Source: Felis catus (Eukaryota). From it: a stretch of 64,000 nt of DNA. Below the pieces are notes generated by a model. It was not told the origin of the DNA. It did not search any database and worked only from the letters and a program-made list of their open reading frames with translations. The stretch spans positions 123,382,001 to 123,446,000 of the forward strand of contig NC_058368.1 of the NCBI RefSeq assembly GCF_018350175.1. Direction: 5' to 3'. This document shows, piece by piece, positions 23,535-36,444 of this stretch; positions within the stretch are counted from its first letter, which is position 1, and every line of letters begins with the position of its first letter. The position numbers were made by a program, and so were the translations under genes.

Positions 23535-25126
23535 GTAAGTGAAATAAGATCCCATGTTTGAGCTGTTGGAATAACTCATGCAGATATAGAACATGTAACA
23601 TCATGCTTTGTCTTGTCATGACGTTGGCTTCTGTAGGGTCCTAGTGCTTTTTTTTTAAAGAAGTTTGATAAGATGCCAGTCAAAAAACTTAATGTTCTCA
23701 GCTTAAGCAAGTTGTTCATCAAAAACAAGTTCACTGCTAAGGCATGGGTTGATCTAGTACATCTTCTTGATTTTACAAAAAAAAAAAAAAACACTGAGAA
23801 GCAATGTTTTTCTCATTTTTCGTATGAACATATACAGCTCTAAATTTGAAAATCTGGGACATCCAGGAAAGCTGAAGTCAGGGTTCCTCTAGGGCCTCCA
23901 GTCCCCATACAGAGAATGTGCAAGTGTCCATACCAGAGTCCCCTGAGCAGCAGCAGGACGGGGCTCTGCTGAAAGACAGGAGTAGAAGAGACACCTCGTA
24001 AAGTTTTCAGCTCTGAGTTTATCATTTCTCACCTTTCCCAAAGGTGAGAGAGCCTCCTCTGAAGAGAAGGAGCTGCCGTGTAGGTGGTCTCGGAGTTTAA
24101 ATCGGAGACTGAGAGATCCAGAGGTCTCTGCTCTTTTCACAAGTTTGTCCAAACACCGGCAGAATCTGAATGGCTTGATTTCAGGAACAAGGCTAAGCAA
24201 ATCTCAGGAAAAGATGACATTTGTCTTCTGCATCCTGGCAGTTCCTGTCCTTTGCCCTCCCTCTTCCCTCCCCTCCCTTCAGCCACCACTCTGGAAATCC
24301 AGGAACCCAGAATCTTCATGCCATTGGGACTACACGCAACACCCTAAAGCCATGGCAGCATCCCAGTATGCCTGTCTGCCTCTCAACAGCCACCCTCTAC
24401 CATCAAAACTTAGCAGTCCTTCTCCCATTCCCTCAGTGCCCAAGACCCCTAGAAGTGGCTATGGGTGAATCAAACCTGAGGGACTAATTATGAAAATTTC
24501 AGGCACTGCATGAAACACACCATTCCAGGAGGGGTCCCAGGCTTGCACATATTTGCTTAGTTCATACGCTCATAAGGCTAGTTTTTGCCTGAACAAGAGG
24601 GATCGTTGATGCCTTCACATGGCTGAGAAGGAGCTGGGCCCTCAGACCTGGCGCTCACAGAGCTCCATGTGTATGCCTCAGTGGCCCTCTGTGCAACACC
24701 AACAATCTTTCCTAAAGCCAGAGCAGTGAAATGGCCACTTCAGACTCTAGATCTCAAATACATTTAAATATGCTGATTCTAGAATTTCACGAGAGAAAAC
24801 AGGATCACACAGTGGGTGGCACAGGATGCATAAAGCATTGACCCACAGCTAACTGAAAGGGCTCTGCTAGTGGAGGCAGTTAGCTCTGAAGTGCGATCAC
24901 TGGCTTCTGGGACCTCCCATCTAGTGTCAGATGCTCCAAAGAGACTTGAGGGAGAAATTTCTATTTGACAGAATGAAGGGAAAATTTGCTTTGGTTTTGT
25001 TCCTTTGGGAAAACAATTATCTGCTTGGAGAAATGAGAAAACATGGTATTTACTCTTTGCCTTAACATCCCATCTGCATTTGACTCTTTTACCTCTTGAA
25101 TTATTAAGCATTTTAAGAAAATGACA

Positions 25127-25764
25127 GGGACCCCTGGGTGGCTCAGTTGGTTAAGCATCTGACTCTTGATTCAGCACAGGTCATGACCTCCAGGTTGTGG
25201 GACAGATCCCCATGTCAGAAATCTCTCTCTCCTGGAGTGCCTGGGTGGCTCAGTTGGTTAAGTGTCCAACTTTGGCTCAGGTCATGATCTTGAGGTTTGT
25301 GGGTTCAGGCCCCGCCTCAGGCTCTGTGCTGACAGCTTGCTCAGAGCCTGGAGACTGCTCTGGATTCTGTCTCCCTTTCTTTCTGCCCTTCCCCCACTCA
25401 TACTCTGTCTCTCTCAAAAATAAATAAACATTAAAAAAAATTAATAAAAAAAAAAGAATTCTCTCTCTCCCTCTCTCTATCCCTCCCCACTCATGGTCAC
25501 TCTCTCTCAAAATAAATAAACAAATAAACATTTTTTAAAATGCAAATAGGAGGGTTTCCCTTATTTTTTTTTTAAGGTTTATTTATCAGTTTTGAGAACG
25601 AGTGCAAGCAGGGGAGTGGCAGAGATGAGGGAGGAGAAAGAGAATCCTAAGCAGGCTCTGCGTTGTCAGCACAGAGCCCAGCACAGGGCTTGAACCATGA
25701 AAGCATGACCTGACCCAAAATCAAAAGTCGGGTACTCAACCGACTCAGACACCCAGGTGCCCCA
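25127..25764. mobile_element. Can-SINE cluster in GZMA intron 4 (+ nested copies about 25127-25540; - copy about 25562-25764)
   Basis: Two + heads (about 25127 and 25233), two tails, then a reverse copy. Confidence 0.85.
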
Positions 25765-26048
25765 GGAGGGTTTTCCTTCTAAAGCACAGTCAGTCTCAAA
25801 ATTAGTAGATAACGTGAACAATAATACATTTTATTTCATGTTCACTGGTTTATAAATAAGTTGAGTAAGCCAATTTTCAAAATATCAAAATATTTCCCAA
25901 CATTTTGAACTTTTAAGCACTAATTTTCATTTAAGTCAAGGTTGGTCTTAACTCCACATTGAATGCTCCACGTTAAATGGAACCTCTTCCATTCCACTAG
26001 TGATCACGTTCCATGCTGATCTCCACTACCCATCTTGTTTTCCTCCAG

Positions 26049-26213
26049 GGAGATTCTGGAAGCCCTTTGATATGTGAGGGTACTTATAGAGGCATTACTG
26101 CCTTTGGCCTTCCAGGGAAATGCGGAGACCCTCGAGGACCTGGCATCTATACTCTTCTCTCACAGAAGTATCTCAACTGGATAAATAAGACTATGAAGGG
26201 GCAGTTTAGATAA
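26049..26213 (+). CDS. GZMA: Granzyme A exon 5 (coding part)
   Basis: [54 protein letters not shown]; catalytic Ser. Confidence 0.97.
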   Translation, partial: GDSGSPLICEGTYRGITAFGLPGKCGDPRGPGIYTLLSQKYLNWINKTMKGQFR

Positions 26214-26253
26214 CTGTATTTCATTTTATTTGTCATCACTCGTTAATGTTATA

Positions 26254-26259
26254 AATAAA
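26254..26259 (+). terminator. GZMA: GZMA polyadenylation signal
   Basis: AATAAA about 40 nt after the stop codon. Confidence 0.8.
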
Positions 26260-26999
26260 ATCAATTTGTGTAACTGTATCCATTTCTCTTATAACTTTAG
26301 TGGGCAGATCTGCACTGGCAAAGTAACCTTGTGGATAATGCAATGGAGACAGGAGGAAACCAATGTCACAGTGTCATCCATGTGTCAAGTGACAATCATA
26401 CTTTGCTTGCATTATTCAGCATCTCACTGGGACCCATCAGGAGTGACAATAAGGTCAGGTCTGTCTAGTAACAAAAACAGTGTTGGACCCAGCAATTCTG
26501 CAGGAAACAGAAACAGCCAGTCTGGAGCATTTGAGTTAGAAGAGGAAATGCCTTATGGTGTTTTTCCAAAGGCAGGTGAGAAATAGAAATTAAAATTTAG
26601 GGGACACAAATGAAACACCTGGACACACCAGAAAAGTATACAAGAGAAAGTCACCCCCCTTTCTCATTAGTTGGTATTTAAGCCTTAGATTATCTAGGTG
26701 ATTTCCTGGTTCTCTTCGTCTCTGAGCCTGGGTAGGGCCAATCAATATGGTGGCTACAGTGGCTGCCATCACATACTAGGGAGTGAGTGCTCAAAGTTTT
26801 CCTTGAAAAAATTCCATGTTGTTATTCATCACATTGAACTCAGTGGATAGTCATCAGTCCAGCAGCCCCTTCAAGATGTGATTGTGTGAATGGATTTCTT
26901 CAATTTCCATTAGTTCCTTTAGGAATATGCATGTGTGTGCATGCACACACAATGTATACCCAAACCAAGAACACACATCAACACTAAGAGACAGCTTCT

Positions 27000-27227
27000 T
27001 TTTTTTTTTTTTAATTTTTTTTTTCAACATTTATTTATTTTTGGGACAGAGAGAGACAGAGCGTGAACGGGGGAGGGGCAGAGAGAGAGGGAGACACAGA
27101 ATCGGAAACAGGCTCCAGGCTCTGAGCCATCAGCCCAGAGCCCGACGCGGGGCTCGAACTCACGGACCGCGAGATCGTGACCTGGCTGAAGTCGGACGCT
27201 TAACCGACTGCGCCACCCAGGCGCCCC
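27000..27227 (-). mobile_element. Young feline SINE
   Basis: CpG-intact, long T tail, TSD agagacagcttctt. Confidence 0.95.
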
Positions 27228-27579
27228 AAGAGACAGCTTCTTAAAACAAAGAAGGAAGCCTAGCTCAATTACCAATGCTCAGGCCCCACCTCTAGAAATT
27301 TTTATTTAATTGTATTCAGTGAGACCCAGGACATAGTATTCTTTATCTAATCACCACAGTGATACAAATATGCAGCTAGTGATGGGAATCCCTACACTAA
27401 AAAGTGAGGTCTGGTTCTGATATCTAAAACAGAGGCTCTAAGAGAGTCACTAGGATGATCCTGTAGATACCTACTATCATCCCTAATTCCTAGTTAGGAT
27501 TTTAACAGCAACAAGAGGATGGAATAGTCCCTACCAGAAATATTACAGGTTTAGAAGTCCACTTAAAAAGCACTTGCAT

Positions 27580-28070
27580 GGAACCCTCATTCATTGCTGG
27601 TAGAAGTGTAAACTCATACTGCTTAGGAAAGTTGTCAATGACGTATATTCTATGACTTAACCGTTCCACACCTCAGTATATACCCAACAGAAATGAGTGC
27701 TTTTTTCCACCAAAGACATGTTTAAGAATGTGCATAGCAACTTTATTCTTAAAGTTGAAACTGAAAATAGCTCAAATATTCATCAATAAAATGGATAAAC
27801 AATTGTACATTTATACAATGGAATATTACACAGCAAGAAAAAGAAAAATCTACAGATACATGTAATGATATGAATTAATCTTACAAACTTAATATTGACT
27901 GAAAGAAGTCAGACAAAAAGAATATATAGTGTGTGATTCCATTTATCTGAAGGTTTGCATAAGACAAAACTAACTATAGGGATAGATGTCAGAATAATGG
28001 AGAGGTGCTGACTAAGAGTGGGTACAAGGAAGTCTTTAAGATACAATAAATGTTCGTATCTTGATCTGAA
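27580..28070 (+). mobile_element. Old L1 3' fragment
   Basis: gaaccctcattcattgctgg...tatacccaacagaaatg...aatggaatattacacagc. Confidence 0.75.
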
Positions 28071-29289
28071 TAGTATATTAATATCAAATGGGTGGTATAG
28101 ACTGATACCAAGAGTTCAAATCTAGGTAACATCATCTCAAAACACTTGCTGGAGAGGTTTGGACTTAGCAGATGAGCAACGAAAATGAAGGAAGTAGGAA
28201 TTCCAGACTAGAAGAAAAGCTCCAACAAAGGCATCAAGGCAGGAAATCACAAGACTTAGCCCAGGGTCAACACAGTCCCACTTCAGATCCTCTATCCCCC
28301 TCTCTCTCTGTCTCATCCCTGATCACATCCTTTCTATCAAATAAACATTCTTTAAAAAGGTAATTGAACAAAAGAACAATGGCCTGATTGAGCCTAAAAA
28401 CAGCTTAGCAGTTATCAAATCCAAATTCCTGTTCTTATAAATGTTATAACAAACCCAAGTCCATTCAGTCAGTTTATGGCAGAGCCAAGGTAAGCACAGG
28501 TATCATACTTCAGGTTCTGGGCTTGGGACCTGAAGGTTAAGGTGAGGGACTAAGGTAATAGGGAGTCATGGAAGGTTTCTGAGCAGGGCCTAAGAAGATC
28601 ACCACAGTGCGTATAGAAATGTAACCTAACAGTGGTGTGGAGACCCATGAAGAATAAAGATAGGAAAAACAGTTAGAAGGAATTACAACAGAGTGGTCAT
28701 CAGGTATTCAGGACATGCCTAGGCTGAAACAAAAGGGAGAGAAAGAGAACAAAAGGTAAATGGAGTAAACATGGAGCAGAATAATCTGCATGTTTCCTGA
28801 GTGACAGGATGACCAGGATAAGGATGAGACCACGAAAGGGGACAAGGAAGTCCTATGGAAGATCTCATTTTGAGAGGAAATAAAATGCATGCTTAACATA
28901 CTGCCTACCATACAGTAGGATTTTAACCAATATTTTTCAAGCAAAACATTATTTGTGTGTATTTTTAACATTCTGAGTTTGAGCTAAAGATAAGAAAGGA
29001 TCTCAGAAAGGAAATATCCAGAGGCAGAAAGAAGGGTGAGGCTGGAGCTTGGAAAGTCAAGTGGGAAAAAGGAGTTTGGAAATCTTTTATAGATATTCTG
29101 ACTATAGCAGTGGAAATGCATCTCTAACAAGGAAGAGATAGAGAAAAAAGAAGAAAAAGGAGGAGGAAGAAGAGGAGCAGGAGGGAGAGGAAAGTAGAAA
29201 AGAGGCCAAGACAATGTCTGGGAAATCCAACAGGAGGAAGTGAGAATAAAGCAACCTGAGAAAGAAAGTCAGGAAAACAGACATTCACC

Positions 29290-29410
29290 GCAAGAAAAGC
29301 ACTTTATCCTATTTGATCCTCACCACAACCCCATGGAGAAGACAAGGCCAATGTCCTCATTCTCACTTCAAAGTGAGGAAACTGGAGCTCACAGAGGGGC
29401 TGAGTGACGA
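29290..29410 (+). mobile_element. MIR-like remnant overlapping the CDC20B C-terminal codons
   Basis: atttgatcctcaccacaacccc...gaggaaactggagctcacagaggggctgagtgac resembles the MIR core. Confidence 0.65.
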
Positions 29411-29511
29411 CTCACAGCAGTTCCATACACAGGCTGTGCCATCGGCTGCGGCAGAAAACACTCGGGTCTGGTCTGGACTCAAAGCCAGGTGCAGCACTCT
29501 GCCCCTGTGGC
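29363..29511 (-). CDS. CDC20B: CDC20B last coding exon (12)
   Basis: [49 protein letters not shown]; acceptor ttttcccacag; TGA at 29365-29363. Confidence 0.9.
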
Positions 29512-29734
29512 CTGTGGGAAAAGGGGAAGACAGTTAATGTCCCACATGACAAGAGCTGTTGCTGAGGTGGGGCCACAAATCCCACCCCAGGATGAAGGCT
29601 TCTCCAAAACCTGCCGAGTTTGGAGCTCATGCTCCCACTGAGCCTGTGCTGTGGTAAACAGAGCCAACTATGGTCAGTACCCTAAAGTGGCTGAGGTTTT
29701 GCTTCACCATTTCCTTTTCAGACCTCTTCCCCCT

Positions 29735-30170
29735 TGTATTAGTTTCCTTGGGCTGCTGCAACACGTTACCAGAAACTGCCTGAGACAAGAGAAACTTACT
29801 GTCTTACAGTTCTGGTGACCAGAAGTCCAGAATCAAGGAGTGGACAGGGCTGCCTCCCTCTGGAGACTCCTGGGGAGGTTCCAACTTTCGCCTCTTCTAG
29901 CTGTTGGCAGTCCTTGATTTGGGGCCACATCACTCTATTCTCTGCCTCTGTGGTCATACGGCCCCTATTCTGTGTGTCTGTTCTCTGTGTGTCTCTTGTA
30001 AGGACACTTGTCATTGGACTTAGGGTTCATCTGGATAATCCAGGATGATCTCATCTCAAGATCCTCAGCTTAATTACATCAGCGAAGATCTTTTCTCCAA
30101 ATAAGATCACAATCACAGCTTCCAGGAATTTGAGGAGGATACCTTTAGGAATCATTTTTTAGCCCACCAC
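29735..30170 (-). mobile_element. MaLR LTR (MLT1-like)
   Basis: tgtattagtttccttgggctgc...cagttctggtgaccagaagtcc...ataatccaggatgatctcatctcaagatcc...cccaccaca. Confidence 0.8.
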
Positions 30171-31434
30171 ACCCTTCACGCCCCAAACCACTATCACTTC
30201 TGTCTTCTCTAATCCACCAACACCCAGCAATTGCTATTGCTGTGCTCCTGCCTCCCATACCATCCCTTTTCTTAACCTTTCCAAAAACGTCCTCCCCTTG
30301 GGATCTAGATTTCAAGGAGCTAATCAAATACATTGATTCAGCTTAATAGAAAAGGACCCAAAAACCTCTCCCGCAAAGCAAATATGAGTCTTAGTTATCT
30401 AATTCCGGAGACAATACCCCTTTTTTGTTACGTAACCAATCATCTCCCAAAAAAAACCACTTTGTGGAACAGTAGTTCTATATGAAGTTAATGGGTATTA
30501 AATGTGGAAAAAGTGTCTAATGCTCACATGAGTTTGGGAGCTCCAGGTTAAAAAGAATGAAACAGGATTCCTTATTTTAAGACTGCTATATTTGGGAGAA
30601 GAGAGTATAATAGGCAGCATTTCTGAAACATATTTTATGAGAGTCCTTTTGATGCAAGCATCTCACATGGCTCCTGTTCCTTGGAAAATACTTGGCAAAA
30701 CCTATCCTAACCCAACAGTGACTGTAACAATCAAAACTTCAGGCCAAAGCAGGCAAAACTGACTGCATGAAAGGAGGCTGAGGCTGGGATGATGGGGGGA
30801 AGGAACGAGGTTGGATAAGCTTTTGAGTGAGGAAGTAATTGGGGGCACACATAAAATCTAGGTGAGTGGTCATCTCCTCATAGGACCAGTACAGCTTACA
30901 ACTCAAGTGAATTCTGGAATTTCAGAAATAATCTTGTGTTCTGACACCTGATTCTCAGCAGCAAGAAGTGCAAATATACTATTCCACTCCCAAAGGAGAC
31001 ATATCTTAGAAACTTGGGAATATTTCCATCCACACATATCACTCCTAATCCTCTCCTGCATGTTCACACGCATGTGCACACACACACACACGCCCCTATG
31101 GTGACATGGGATTGCCGCAGGTGTGTCAGTACATTAAAAAAATGTAGATTCATAGATACAAAGCAGATCCCTTATTTTATACATGAAAAAAAAAATTCAG
31201 GAATACCAAAGGTCTTCTCCTAGGTCACAGAGCTAATTCATGGCAGGACCAGAACTATAATCAAATCCAATGCTCTAAACATTTAGCCCATCCTCCAAAC
31301 CCAGAGCAAAGAAGAATCTTTTCTCCTATTGAAGACCACTGTCCCTTATTTTTTTAATTAAACACTTAAAACTTAAAGCAATATAAATGAAAAGCCACTT
31401 AATTTAGTTAGCATAAATATAGAACATTATACAG

Positions 31435-31890
31435 GAGACCTGAATGGCTTAGTTGGCTAAGCATTTGACTCTTGATTTTAGCTCAGGTCATGATCTCACA
31501 GTTCGTGAGATTGAGGCCGGCATAGGGCTCTGCACTGACAGCACAAAGCCTGCTTGGGATTCTCTCTCTCCCTCTCTATGCCCCTTTCCCACCCATGCAC
31601 TCATTCCCTCTCTAAACAAACAAACAAACAAACTTAAAAAAAAATAACATTACATAAATACTTTCAAATTAAACTTAAGAGAGGCGCTTGGGTGGCTCAG
31701 ATAGTTGAGTGTCTGACTCTTGATCTCCGCTCAGGTCATGATCCCACAGCTCCTGAGTTCAAGCCCTGTTTCAGGCTCTTTGCTGTCAGTGCAGAGCCTG
31801 CTTTGGATCCTCTGTCCCCATCTCTCTGCCCCTCCCTTGCTCCCTCTCTCTCTCTTTCTCTCTCTCTCAAAAATAAACATTTTTTAAAAA
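31435..31890 (+). mobile_element. Two tandem Can-SINEs
   Basis: Heads at about 31435 and 31681, each with (CT)n and A tail. Confidence 0.85.
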
Positions 31891-32884
31891 GAAAGAAAGT
31901 GGAAGAGGAGTAATAGAGAAAAAAATTCCATATCTTTTCTAAAGCAGGCTTTGAAAAATGTCTCAAAAAAATGGACAGCTACTTCCAGGATTTGTTAGGA
32001 AAATGGAGTTTGTATCAGAAGCAAAGGCACTCTCGAAATACTTCTCTCATAAGTGACAATCTTAATTTACTAGATTAAGTGGGAAATGCCATCTTTATCT
32101 CAGCCAAAAGTCATCCTTTAGGATTTATATCCCTAAATTCTAAGAATATTATCACTGAAAGGATTGAAAGTTTTGTTTTCTTTATGCAGCTATCAATATA
32201 AAGGAGACCACATATCGATGCGTGTGCTATGGACTGATGAAACCAAATCAAAGGCCAGATCTCATTTATAGGCTAGAAAGTTACCCACTCCCGCTTCAAA
32301 GCTTGTAAATTACAACTTTGGGGGGGGGATGAGGGGAAGGAAAATGGTAAGCTTTCTTTCTTCTGAAGTTATATGGGTGAGGCTTCTTTAACTGAATTTT
32401 CCCCCCAGAAAATCATGACTGTGGTTAACAGAGTGAGACTAAGGAAGGGCTTGGCCAGAATCTAGAATAGTCTTTTTCCAAATTTTCTGACCACAACTCA
32501 CAGTTCAAAACTACATTTTATGTAGTAACCCCATATTAGACACATATCTGTACTGCACAGCGTAACAAAAGTTTTGCAAAATAATACCTACATATACATT
32601 TTTCCATTCTATTCTATTCTGTTTCATTTTTTAATGCTAACCACCTGACGTGTGTTTGTATAACACCCACCCTGCTAAACATTTTTGAGAAATATCGCAT
32701 GTGGAAGATACTACTGCATCAGAGATGAGAATTAGTGTCTAAGACCTCAAAAGTAACTGCATCTTCTCTGACCATAAACATGTTAAGAGGAGAAAAGGTT
32801 AAATGCACTCTTTGGAATTCTGTCTAATATCAATGAAAGAAATTCACAAAGCATTACTAAAGATGCTAAAGAATTTATAGTTTG

Positions 32885-32953
32885 TTTTTTTTAATGTTTT
32901 TTAAAAATTTATTTAGAGGGAGAGACAGAGCATGAGCAGTAGAGAGGGGCAGA

Positions 32954-32987
<34 letters not shown>

Positions 32988-33111
32988 CCCAAGCAGGCTC
33001 CATGATCAGTGCAAAGCCCAGATGTGGGGCTTGATCCCAAGACCCTGGGATCATGACCTGAGCCGAAATCAAGAGTCAGATGCTCAACCGACTGAGCCAC
33101 TCACGTGCCCC
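32885..33111 (-). mobile_element. Can-SINE
   Basis: Reverse SINE; flanking repeat aagaatttat. Confidence 0.9.
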
Positions 33112-34514
33112 AAGAATTTATGGTTTGTTAAAGCTAGAGAAAAAAGAAAATGTACCAGTTAAGTTCATTCTTTATTCCAAGTATCAGCAAATTTACTCGA
33201 GTAGCTATCAGATGTCCTAACCTAGCTGAAGGATCTAATTAGCTACTGGAATTTTAGTTTTATGAAGAATCAGGCTTAAGGCTTGATTAAAAATGTTTCT
33301 CTAATCAGAAAACATCCCATGCACTCCATGTCTTATGATTTAAAATATGCAAAGGATCAATTCATGTCCATCCTACACTCATGGCTGGCCCCCCAAGTAG
33401 CTCTATCAAGAACTGCCTACATTTTTATTCACCAAATCACACGGTATAAAGATATAAAGGTCATCCCAAGGTCAGTCAGAGGTCCAGTCAGACTGACCAG
33501 CAGGAGCAGGAAGTCTTTCTGTGAAGGGTGTTTTTTGTTGTTGTTGTTGTTGCCAAATGACATTATCAGAATCTGCAGAGAGTCAAAGTATTACCTCTGT
33601 CTAACAGGATATATATTTGGGGGGTTGTTTCTTCCCACAAAAGTGTAGTCTCCATAAGGGCAAAGATAATGTCTGTCTTGTTTACATGTATATTCCCAAC
33701 ACCCCCAAAAAGTGCCTCACACATGCTAGATGCACATTAAGTGGGCATTGAATAAATAAATCCCAGGTACTGACCAGGACACACGTTGCGTGTGAAGAGG
33801 AAGAAGACAGGATATGTTATCAGAATCCTACAAGAGATTGGATGCCATACTTTGTTCCATCATCAACCATCATTTCTATCTTCATATTTACCAGGGCTGG
33901 GTAGAAGGGGATACCTATTCACCCATGAACCCCCTTGAACATTCCAGATTGTCCCCGAGAGGATTTAAGACCCTTGAGGATGAAACCTGAGTCTCGCTCC
34001 CCATCATGGGATCTTCTCCTCAAGAAACACCCCATAAATGTTTATAGAACTAAACTGAGAAAGAACCATTTTCTGTCTTGAAGGGGCAGGGGAGCACCAG
34101 GGCTTCTTGATCTTCAGTGGTCTCCCCTCAGAGAACATCTCACCCTTTTCATCTTTCCTTATCTCCCACACATTCCAGCACTGCTGGTTCTTCTGCAAAG
34201 TAAGGTAAGACAATTTATGATACTAACTCCAGAATTCAAAAACATAGTTTAGGAACTGTCCCTGATCATCACTGCTTCATCCACACAGGTATGCAAGAAG
34301 GAGAAGACATGACAATTTTAAGTGATGAAAAATCTTAGTCAAATTCAGAAGCACTCACCTATACACACCCTGAGGTGGTTGTAGGCCTTTCTCCTCTGAC
34401 AAAATATCTATTTCAAAGAGCCAGTGGGGAAAAATCTTTCATTTAGGGCTTTTCCTGCCAATGACACCTCACTTAGCTATAGATACATGGCATTTTACTC
34501 ACCTATTCACTTAC

Positions 34515-34632
34515 CAAAAAATCCAGCCGACCTGGCCAGACCGGGACAGGCCCACATTGTCACATCGTTCTTAGGAGTACCTTGGCCACTTGCAATCTCC
34601 TTTGTCTTAGGGAGCCAGATTAGGGAACAAAT
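34515..34632 (-). CDS. CDC20B: CDC20B exon 11
   Basis: ICSLIWLPKTKEIASGQGTPKNDVTMWACPGLARSAGFF plus 1 nt; 118 nt, AG/GT. Confidence 0.95.
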
Positions 34633-35108
34633 CTGTAAGAATGGCCCCCAAAACACAGAATTATGGCAATGTCTGATTCATTATGAATGTGTTTCAAACT
34701 GATTCTAGGCAGTGTGTTCTGTCCACATGCATCCTCCTGTCCGCAGCTGGGGTTACGGTGTTAGAGGAATGACATGAGTTCTAGGAAAGTTTATCCCAAG
34801 GCAACAAAGGACTAAATACACAAATAGGTTTAGCTGCAATGAACCCACAAATTTAAGTAGACTGGCACACAGTCAAAGCAGTGCCGAGAAAAAAGGGAAA
34901 TGTGGAAAAAATCTGGGGGGAAAAGGATACACAAATTAACTTTCAACTCACAGATAAAGGTTTTAGAAAGAGAAACTCTCAAGAACTGAAATCCCAATAG
35001 ACTCAGCAAGTACAGAAAGGTGTGTTTGGGTCCTAGGCTCTCTCATGAATCATTTTCACAAGGTTCTAGAATATCAGAGTGAAGGTCAACTCCAGCAGAG
35101 ACTGTTAC

Positions 35109-35234
35109 CTGTGAGTTCATGTTTGGGGTCTGGATAGTTTGCCCAGTATTTATGTCCAAGATATGTAAGTGTCCGTCCTTCATTCCGCCTCCAACAGCAA
35201 GGACTGCAGACTGCCAGGGACACCAATCCATGGC
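35109..35234 (-). CDS. CDC20B: CDC20B exon 10
   Basis: AMDWCPWQSAVLAVGGGMKDGHLHILDINTGQTIQTPNMNSQ; 126 nt. Confidence 0.96.
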
Positions 35235-36444
35235 CTTTAAAGTTCAAATAAGCACACAGGCAGGTCAGCCTTGGAGAAAGTGAGTTTGGGAATGTGCCTG
35301 CTCAGGTAAGCAGAAGTGCCAGAGGTCTGCACATGCCACAGCTCTCCTGGACCTCTGATCTAAAGGCAGGAGCAATGGCAATCTCTAGAGGTTACTCCGA
35401 AGGGACTAGAGACCACCTATTAGGTGCCTTCCTTAAATGTTGATAACAATTGCAAATATTTTTAAACAAAGAAAAATCACCCAAAAATATGTTCCGAAAA
35501 CTACACTCAACATGTCCTATGTGGCAAAACTCCACTGCTGGAGTAGTTGACATGTCCCCTAGAATCTGGTTATGAAATGCAGCCTTCCTCTCATTTGTCT
35601 CCCTTGTCTTTAGGTTCTAGGTCAGAGAAGAAAAGACAAAATGGAGCCACACATGATTGCTCGCAACTCAAAAGCTCTCATGCATTTCAACTCCTAATAT
35701 GTTTCAGGAAATAAAATTGCCTTTGATTTACTTATTTATAAATTACTATAGTTAATTCTGAAAAATAAGATTTAGTGTTTCATATTTCTACTGATAATTC
35801 AAATGATGAGTAATAGTCATTTTAAAGGACATTCTAACAAATATTTCATTTCTACTTATCTGTATATAGATATATATAGATCCATCCTGGTATTAGGCTG
35901 CAACCTTGACTTGCTCAGGTTTCAGAAACTCTTGGTTGAATTCATTGTATTTCTGACAACAAGGTGTATAAGAAAGTAACTTGTTTGGCTTGGCTTGGGT
36001 TTTTCACATGCTGGGTTTCTATTTTGCTTTATTTTGTTTTATATTTTGTTTGCTGACAGAATATTTTACATATGTTTTTCCTACTTTTTTTTCAAATCAT
36101 TAATAATGGGCATTTGGACTTAAAATCATTCTTAATGTTCTGTGGATATTAAAATCCACAAGCCAGAGTATTGGGCCACCACTATTTCTTAGCAGCAGGT
36201 ATTTTATGTTAAACCCTCTATCAGGAAACTCCATGATAATGTTTTAAGTTCTCATTCCAATAAATTTGCTCACAGTTAGTAAAGTAGAACCATTTCTTTG
36301 CTCTATAAGTGATAAATATCCTGGGACTAGACTGAGGCCAACACATATCTCTATGTCACCAAAGGAATGAAAGTATGGATTTTTTTCACTAGAAATAAGA
36401 ATTTAAAATACAGAGAAATAAAAAATATATATTATACAGAGCAT

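Noticed and set aside
26230..26586. 118-aa ORF after GZMA containing MCQV
   Set aside because: Four-residue match to exon 4 only; no other protease motifs or exon structure
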